A stretch of 64,000 bases of DNA, from contig OZ241863.1 of NCBI GenBank assembly GCA_965203055.1, positions 1,312,001 through 1,376,000 of the forward strand. The letters are read 5' to 3'. Position 1 is the first letter of the stretch, and each line of letters starts with the position of its first letter. This DNA comes from Spirochaetia bacterium. Lineage in GTDB: Bacteria > Spirochaetota > Spirochaetia > SZUA-6 > Bin103. The notes under the pieces were generated by a model, which saw nothing but the letters and a program-made list of their open reading frames with translations, was not told the DNA's origin and did no database searches. The position numbers and the translations under genes were made by a program. Positions 58,049 through 64,000 of this stretch are shown piece after piece.

Positions 58049-58909
58049 ATGGCCCTTGCGGCAACGGAAGCGCTCGGCAAGCGAGATGAGCTGGTAGCGC
58101 GCGGCTACACCTCGATTCCTGGGGTAATGCCGCCGGCGATGGTGGCGGAGTTGCGCGCGTGGTCGGACGCCATCTTCGCCCGCACTCACGTGCGCTACTC
58201 GATCCGCTATCAGGGCAGCGATCTGTTCGCGCACACCGGGCGCGGGTGGGCGGCCATGGCGCCGGAGCGGAGGCGGCAGGCCGAGGCTGATCCGCGCCGG
58301 TTTCGCGATCCCTGGGCGGAACGGATCATCGGCCTGCCGGCGCAGGCGGCCGCCTGCCGCGCGCTCGGACTGGAGGAGCTGCGCGCCGATGAGGTGGTGA
58401 TCATCCTGTCCAAGCCGGCCCACGGCCCGCCGCTCTATTGGCATCAGGATTTCATGCAGTGGCACAGCCCGAGGGCGGCCACGCCGTGGCCGACGCGCAT
58501 CTTCCTTTCCTACTACCTGGTGGACACGACGCGGGAGAACGGCTGCCTGCGGGTCATCCCCGGCAGTCACCGCAAGCGCCACCGACTGCACGATCTCCCT
58601 GACGCCCACGGCGAGGAGCTGCAGGCGCTGGAGGACCTGTCCCATCCGGCGTTCTCCGACGACCCCGACGCGGTGGACGTGCCGTTGCGCGCCGGCGACC
58701 TGCTGATTGCCGATGCCCGCCTGCTGCACGCCGCCTGGCCCAATCGCACCGACCGGCGCCGCACGCTGCTCCTGGCTTGGCACGACGTGTTCTCGTTTCC
58801 GCGCCCGCCGAGCTGGTGGCGCGGCGACGTTCCCGCCGCCGTCCGCAACGCCGATCCCGCCGCGCGCTACGAGAACAGCGTCCGCACCCCCAGCCACTAC
58901 CTCACCTGA
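58049..58909 (+). CDS. PhyH family dioxygenase
   Basis: LYWHQD, ENGCLRVIPGSH, LLHAAWPN...RRT; start trimmed to ATG 58049. Confidence 0.9.
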   Translation: MALAATEALGKRDELVARGYTSIPGVMPPAMVAELRAWSDAIFARTHVRYSIRYQGSDLFAHTGRGWAAMAPERRRQAEADPRRFRDPWAERIIGLPAQAAACRALGLEELRADEVVIILSKPAHGPPLYWHQDFMQWHSPRAATPWPTRIFLSYYLVDTTRENGCLRVIPGSHRKRHRLHDLPDAHGEELQALEDLSHPAFSDDPDAVDVPLRAGDLLIADARLLHAAWPNRTDRRRTLLLAWHDVFSFPRPPSWWRGDVPAAVRNADPAARYENSVRTPSHYLT

Positions 58910-58922
58910 AAGTCGCTGCATT

Positions 58923-59138
58923 CTACGAGAGCCGTTGGCGTAGCTCCTCGAATACCTGGTCGGCGGGACGATCGGCGGATTCCGGGTCCAGATCGCGCCT
59001 GGCAGCCTCCTCCGCCCAGACTTCCTCGGTTTGCTCCGCCGTAAGCTGATCGAGGCTTTGCAACAGCGTTCCGGCCAACTGCGCGCGTGATCGTGGGCTG
59101 AGTTTGAGTGCTTCCGTTACGATTTCTTCGAGCTGCAT
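58923..59138 (-). CDS. Addiction-module antitoxin-like small protein (TIGR02574-like)
   Basis: EALKLSPRSRAQLAGTLLQSLD...EVWAEEAARR...PADQVFEELR; TACACT-6nt-ATG start. Confidence 0.8.
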   Translation of the reverse strand: MQLEEIVTEALKLSPRSRAQLAGTLLQSLDQLTAEQTEEVWAEEAARRDLDPESADRPADQVFEELRQRLS

Positions 59139-59152
59139 CCACCGAGTGTACA

Positions 59153-60811
59153 CTACGGGGCGGCGCGCTGAATGGTGAGCAGGGTGTTGGCGGCGGGGGC
59201 CGGCAGCGTGGAGCGGGCGCCGTCGGGCCAGGTTATCTCCAGGCGCTGCAGTTCGGCGCCTGCCGGGAAGCCGAAGTGGACGCGGTTGGGGTCGCCGGAG
59301 AGGAAGCCGCTGGAGCTGCGGGTCTCGCGCACGTAGCTGCCGGTCGATGCGCGCAGCGTGAGGCGCGCGCCGACGGCGAACGTGTTGCCGCTCGCCGGCC
59401 AGCGCAGGTCCACCTGCAGGCTGGCGCCGCCGCACAGCCGGTTCTCCAGCAGCTCCGCCGGGGCGCGCAGGTTGTTCACCACGACGTCGAGGTCGCCGTC
59501 GCCGTCGAGGTCGGCGCTGCTCATGCCGCGCCCGCCGGCGGCGCTGCCCAGGCCCCACTCCGGCGCGCGGCGGAAGCGGCCGCCCCCCTCGTTGCGGAAC
59601 GCCTGGTTGCGTTCGATCAGCTCGGCGCCGGGAAGGTGGCCAAAGGAGCGCTCGCTGTACATGCCGTTGACGACGTAGAGATCCTGCAGCCCATCGTTGT
59701 CCAGGTCGGCGAACTTGGCCGACCAGCTCCAGCCGCTGGCGTCCACCCCGCGCTCGACGGCCTGGTTCTCGAGGCCCTCGGCGGCGCTCCCCACCAGCAG
59801 CACGTTTTCCTCGATCTGCGGATCGTCCGCCGGCAGCTCGTCGTAGTTGCCGCTCAGCGCCTGCCACGCCGCGCGCGTGGCGGCATCGTCGGCGTAGGGC
59901 TTCATGTCGGCGCTGAACAGCTCGAAGCGGCCGTCGTTGTCGATGTCGGCGGCGTCGAGGCTCATGGTGTTGCGCGGCATGCGCGGCAGCAGGTCGTCGA
60001 GCCGGAAGCCGGCGGGGGTCCACAGAAACAGGTAGTCGGGCAGCTCGAAGTCGTTGCCGACCAGGATGTCGAGCCGTCCGTCGCCGTTGAAGTCGGTCAG
60101 CAGCAGCGCCAGCGCCTGCGCGTGGCGCACCAGCTCGCGCCCGCGCAGCTTGCCGCCGGCGTTCTCGTAGTAGGCGACGCCGCCGCCGATCGCGAAGCCG
60201 TCGTAGAGCTCGGCGATCTCGGCGTCGTAGCTGGCGCCCGCCAGGTCCAGGTCGCCGTCGCGGTCCAGGTCCGCCAGGGCGATGGCGTTCAGGACGTGCC
60301 AGGCGCCGAACCCCTCGGTCCGGCTGAAGGCGCGGGCGGCGCCGCCGCCCGCCCCCGCGCCGGCCGCGGCAGCGCTCAGCCACAGGCTTGGCGGGCTGCC
60401 GGGGTGGGAGAGGATCAGGTCGAGCCAGCCGTCGCCGTCGAAGTCGACGACGTTGACGCCGCGCGCGCTGCCGGCAGCCAGCTCCTCGCGGGCGAACGTG
60501 AGCCCGCCGGTATTCCACAGGATGGTGCTCGGGCCGTCCAGGTTGGCCAGCACGAGGTCCAGGTCGCCGTCGTCGTCCAGGTCGTTGACGCCGAGCGCGG
60601 AGCCTACGCCGGCGAAGATCGGCTTGCGCTGCGGCGAGACGATGGTGGTGTGAGGCAGGGCATGGGACACGAACGCCCCGGTGCACGCCGCCCCCGCGGC
60701 GACCGGCCGCGCCAGATGGCTGATCGCCGGTTCCGCCGGTTCCGCCGGCGCCGGGAGCGCGCCCGCCGCGCCGGCCAACAGCGCCAGCCCGACGATTCGC
60801 GGCCAGGTCAT
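59153..60811 (-). CDS. Secreted CRTAC1/ASPIC-UnbV family FG-GAP repeat protein
   Basis: Signal peptide, repeated DxDxDGxLD motifs, C-terminal SSGFLS...VHFGF...ITWPDG. Confidence 0.88.
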   Translation of the reverse strand: MTWPRIVGLALLAGAAGALPAPAEPAEPAISHLARPVAAGAACTGAFVSHALPHTTIVSPQRKPIFAGVGSALGVNDLDDDGDLDLVLANLDGPSTILWNTGGLTFAREELAAGSARGVNVVDFDGDGWLDLILSHPGSPPSLWLSAAAAGAGAGGGAARAFSRTEGFGAWHVLNAIALADLDRDGDLDLAGASYDAEIAELYDGFAIGGGVAYYENAGGKLRGRELVRHAQALALLLTDFNGDGRLDILVGNDFELPDYLFLWTPAGFRLDDLLPRMPRNTMSLDAADIDNDGRFELFSADMKPYADDAATRAAWQALSGNYDELPADDPQIEENVLLVGSAAEGLENQAVERGVDASGWSWSAKFADLDNDGLQDLYVVNGMYSERSFGHLPGAELIERNQAFRNEGGGRFRRAPEWGLGSAAGGRGMSSADLDGDGDLDVVVNNLRAPAELLENRLCGGASLQVDLRWPASGNTFAVGARLTLRASTGSYVRETRSSSGFLSGDPNRVHFGFPAGAELQRLEITWPDGARSTLPAPAANTLLTIQRAAP

Positions 60812-60821
60812 GGCGGCGCGC

Positions 60822-61952
60822 TCAGCTCTTGTAGGGGTCCGCGGCGTCGCGCAGCCCGTCGCCGACGAAGTTGTAGCACAGCACGGTGACGATCACCAGC
60901 GTGCCGGGGAGCATCAACCAGGGATGGAGCGCGATGGTGCGCACGTTCTGCGCTTCTATGAGCAGCACGCCCCAGCTCACGGTAGGCGGGCGCAGCCCCA
61001 GGCCGAGGAAGCTCAATGCGGTCTCGCCCAGGATCATGCTCGGTATCGACAGCGTCAGGTTGACGATCAGGTAGCTCATGAAGGAGGGCAGCAGGTGGCG
61101 GACGATGATGCGGGGGGAGGTCGAGCCGGCGATCATCGCCGCCATCACGAAGTCCTCCTCGCGCAGTTGCAACAGCTTGCCGCGCACCACCCGGGCCAGC
61201 CCGGTCCATCCCAACAGCGACAGAATGACGGTGATCGAGAGGTACACCTCGAGCGGACCCCACTCGCGCGGCACCGCGGCCGACAGCGCCATCCACAGCG
61301 GGATCGACGGAATCGACTGCATGAACTCGATCAACCGCTGAATCACCATGTCGGCGCTGCCTCCGAAGAAGCCGGAGATGCCGCCGAGCGCGCAGCCGAG
61401 CACGAAGGTCACCACCACCCCGACCAGGCCGATCGACAGCGAGGTGCGCGCGGCGTAGAGCATTCGGGAGTAGTTGTCGCGCCCGAACTTGTCGGCGCCC
61501 AGCAGGAACAGGGTGCCTTCGTCGACCCCGAACAGATGTATGCGGCTCGGAAACAGACTCCACAGCTTGTATTCGTCGCCCTGGGCGAAGAACCGCAGGT
61601 AGGTCTTGCGCGAGGTGTCCGGGGTGTAGCGGTTGCGGAACGTCTCCAGGTCGAGCTCGACCCGCCACGGATACACGAAGGGACGCAGCGAGAGACCATC
61701 TTCGCCGGCGAAGCGGACGCGCTGCGGCGGCGCGTACAGGTGGTCGGAATCGCGCCGGTAGATGTCCTGGGTGGAGAAGAACTCCGCGAACAGGGCCACG
61801 AAGTAGAGCGAGCCCAGCACCGCCAGCCCGACGACTGCGAGCCGATGGCGCTTGAAGCGGCGCCGCATCAGGGTCCACTGCGAGGCGATGAAGTAGCTTT
61901 CGTCGGTTGCGTCGGCCGCGGCCGTGGTGAGTGCCGTCCCGCGGTCGCTCAT
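60822..61952 (-). CDS. Peptide ABC permease (OppC/DppC-like)
   Basis: LGADKFGRD, LREEDFVMAA, ETALSFLGLG, GDGLRDAADP. Confidence 0.93.
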   Translation of the reverse strand: MSDRGTALTTAAADATDESYFIASQWTLMRRRFKRHRLAVVGLAVLGSLYFVALFAEFFSTQDIYRRDSDHLYAPPQRVRFAGEDGLSLRPFVYPWRVELDLETFRNRYTPDTSRKTYLRFFAQGDEYKLWSLFPSRIHLFGVDEGTLFLLGADKFGRDNYSRMLYAARTSLSIGLVGVVVTFVLGCALGGISGFFGGSADMVIQRLIEFMQSIPSIPLWMALSAAVPREWGPLEVYLSITVILSLLGWTGLARVVRGKLLQLREEDFVMAAMIAGSTSPRIIVRHLLPSFMSYLIVNLTLSIPSMILGETALSFLGLGLRPPTVSWGVLLIEAQNVRTIALHPWLMLPGTLVIVTVLCYNFVGDGLRDAADPYKS

Positions 61953-62950
61953 GCGCTGCTCTTTTCCCCTTCGTAGCGAATGCGCGGATCGATCCACAGC
62001 AGCAGCATGTCGGACACGAACACGCCGAAGATGGTGAGCATCGACAGCACCATCACGATGCTCGACGCGAGCTGCATGTCTTCCATGGTGAGCGCCCTGA
62101 GCAGCAGCGGCCCCACGGTCGGCAGGTTGAGCACGATCGCCGTGATGATGGTGCCGGAGACGATCTCCGGGAACACGCCGCCGATGCCGCTGATGATCGG
62201 GTTGATGGCGATGCGCACCGGGTACTTGAAGCGCAGCGTTTGCTCCGGCAGTCCCTTCGAGCGGGCGGTAATGACGTACTGCTTTTGCAGCTCATCCAGC
62301 AGCGAGCCCCGCATCACCCGGATCAGTCCCGCGGTCCCCGCGGTAGCCACCACCAAGATCGCGACCGGCAGGTGCAGCATCATGTCCAGAACCTTGGCCA
62401 CGCTCCACGGCTGATCGAGGTATTCGGAGGAAAACAGACCGGTGATCGGGAAATTGAACCAGGCGAGCGAAATCCACATCAGCAGCAGCGCGAGCATGAA
62501 GTTGGGCGTGGCCAGACCGACGAAGCCGAACACGGTGGCCGTGTAGTCTCCGAACGAGTACTGGTGAGTCGCCGAGTAGATGCCGATCGGGATGGCCAGC
62601 AGGAAGGTGAGGGCGATGGTCAGCACCGACACCAGCACCGTGAGGGGCAGCCGCGCTCCTAACAGCTCCGCGACCGGGATGCGAAACGCATACGACTCGC
62701 CGAGATCGCCGCGCAGGAGATTGCCGACCCACACGAAGTACTGCATGTAGCCCGGTTTATCCAACCCGTAGTAGGCGCGCATTTCCTGCAGTACCGCCTC
62801 GCTCAGGTTGGTTCCGGTGAGCCCGAGCTGCCGCAGGTGGGTTGACAGAAAGTCGCCCGGCGGCAGGGTGATGATGGCGAACCCCACCACCGACACCAGC
62901 GCCAGGGTGATCACCATGTAGAACAATCGGCGCACGATGTACGCGGTCAT
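61949..62950 (-). CDS. Peptide ABC permease (OppB/DppB-like)
   Basis: YIVRRL, LPPGD, GDLGES, YVITARSKGL, IDPRIR. Confidence 0.93.
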   Translation of the reverse strand: MTAYIVRRLFYMVITLALVSVVGFAIITLPPGDFLSTHLRQLGLTGTNLSEAVLQEMRAYYGLDKPGYMQYFVWVGNLLRGDLGESYAFRIPVAELLGARLPLTVLVSVLTIALTFLLAIPIGIYSATHQYSFGDYTATVFGFVGLATPNFMLALLLMWISLAWFNFPITGLFSSEYLDQPWSVAKVLDMMLHLPVAILVVATAGTAGLIRVMRGSLLDELQKQYVITARSKGLPEQTLRFKYPVRIAINPIISGIGGVFPEIVSGTIITAIVLNLPTVGPLLLRALTMEDMQLASSIVMVLSMLTIFGVFVSDMLLLWIDPRIRYEGEKSSA

Positions 62951-62977
62951 GCCGGTACTGTCCCGCTATACGTATAC

Positions 62978-63007
62978 GCAAGAGGCCCGCCGGAGCGGGC
63001 CCCTTGC
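62978..63007 (-). terminator. Stem-loop between the binding-protein and permease genes
   Basis: GCAAG-A-GGCCCGC-CGGA-GCGGGCC-C-CTTGC; may attenuate or stabilise the transcript. Confidence 0.5.
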
Positions 63008-63027
63008 AGCGCTGAGCGCCGGTACCG

Positions 63028-64000
63028 CTACTGCCGGAAGTACCACTGATCGGGTTTGACGTCGCGGAAGAATTGCACGTCGTCGCCGGCGAAGCGGGTG
63101 TCGCGCGGGAAGTTGCCGACCTCGTTGCTCACCACGACCGGCACCGGAGCGTAGCCGACGGTGCCGATCAGCAGCACCTGCTCGGAGGCGAAGTCGAACA
63201 ACTGCGTGGCGATGCGGTCGCGCTCGGTACGGTCGGCGGTGATGTACCACCGGTCGGCCAGCTTGAAGTACTCCTTGAACTCCTCGGGCGGCTCCTCGCC
63301 CTGCTCGCCGCCCGACTCGTGCCACCTCCACCAGGGGAACGCGTAGTTGCCGTCGGCGGAGGTGAACTTGTTCGACGGCAGGTAGCCCTTGCTCTGGTTG
63401 GTGCGGCGCAGGAACCACACCGCTACGTCATACTCGTTGGCGCCCACCCGCTCGAACACCAGGTCGATGTTGTTCGAGCGCGGGTCGGTCTTGATGCCGA
63501 CGTCGTTCCAGTACTCGGCGACCAGTTCGCTGACGGCGACGTGGCTCGGCCACTCCAGCGGGATCGGGATCTGGATATCCAGCGCCTTGCCGTCGGGCCG
63601 CAGGCGAAATCCGTCGGCGCCGCGCTGCAGGCCCAGTTCGTCGAGCAGCCGGTTGGCGGTGTCAGGATCGTACTCCGCGTAGCGGGTGGCCCATTCCTCC
63701 TTGTAGAAGGAGTTCTCCGGGTCCATCGCCGCCTGCCGCGGGACCGCCAGCCCGAAGAACAGCACCTTGTTGATCTCCTCGCGGTTGATGGCCAGCGACA
63801 TCGCCTGCCGGAAGCGCACGTCCTGGAAGATCTCGCGCACCACCGGGTCGGGGTGGGTGAGGTTGAAGGCGTAGAAGCTCTCGGCGCCGGCCGCGCGCGG
63901 CCACATCAGCGTCTCGTAGTTGCCCGCTTCCTCGTTCTCCTTGAACAGCGGGAAGTCGGGCGTCGACAGGCCGATGGCGGCCACCGACAGCTCGCCGGAG
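63028..64000 (-). CDS. Peptide ABC solute-binding protein, family 5 (5' end outside window)
   Basis: FRQAMSLAINREEI, YDPDTANRLLDELGL, DGFRLRPDG. Confidence 0.92.
   Translation of the reverse strand, partial: SGELSVAAIGLSTPDFPLFKENEEAGNYETLMWPRAAGAESFYAFNLTHPDPVVREIFQDVRFRQAMSLAINREEINKVLFFGLAVPRQAAMDPENSFYKEEWATRYAEYDPDTANRLLDELGLQRGADGFRLRPDGKALDIQIPIPLEWPSHVAVSELVAEYWNDVGIKTDPRSNNIDLVFERVGANEYDVAVWFLRRTNQSKGYLPSNKFTSADGNYAFPWWRWHESGGEQGEEPPEEFKEYFKLADRWYITADRTERDRIATQLFDFASEQVLLIGTVGYAPVPVVVSNEVGNFPRDTRFAGDDVQFFRDVKPDQWYFRQ

Overview
High-GC bacterial chromosome segment. The style of the solute-binding proteins and the gene mix suggest a host-associated heterotroph, possibly a Spirochaetota or sponge-symbiont type, but this is inference only. 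The backbone is nutrient scavenging: four carbohydrate ABC operons, one peptide ABC operon, three intact sulfatases, three PhyH-type dioxygenases, GH32 plus a PfkB kinase, a GHL6-like hydrolase, zwf and tRNA-Arg(CCG). Defence and selfish DNA is interleaved with it. (i) A lower-GC island at about 45.96-56.37 kb encodes a 2561-aa protein with two sacsin-type GHKL ATPase modules, followed 2 nt later by a SNF2-family helicase; this is the best candidate for an undescribed system. (ii) An orphan BREX-2-type pglX has a low-GC central specificity region. (iii) A diverged ~1.3-kb inverted repeat (Rpn nuclease plus pglX 3' tail) brackets 8.25 kb. (iv) Two HNH genes carry in-frame 14-bp palindromic repeats and sit next to collapsed remnants of hsdS/AIPR/hsdR and a type IIG-like R-M gene. 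(v) There is a disarmed MNT-HEPN pair, an orphan antitoxin, and a frameshifted NHLP RiPP precursor. Nine genes have a TAnnnT box 6-7 nt before the start codon, the geometry of leaderless mRNAs. All family calls come from motif recognition by eye; no database search was run.
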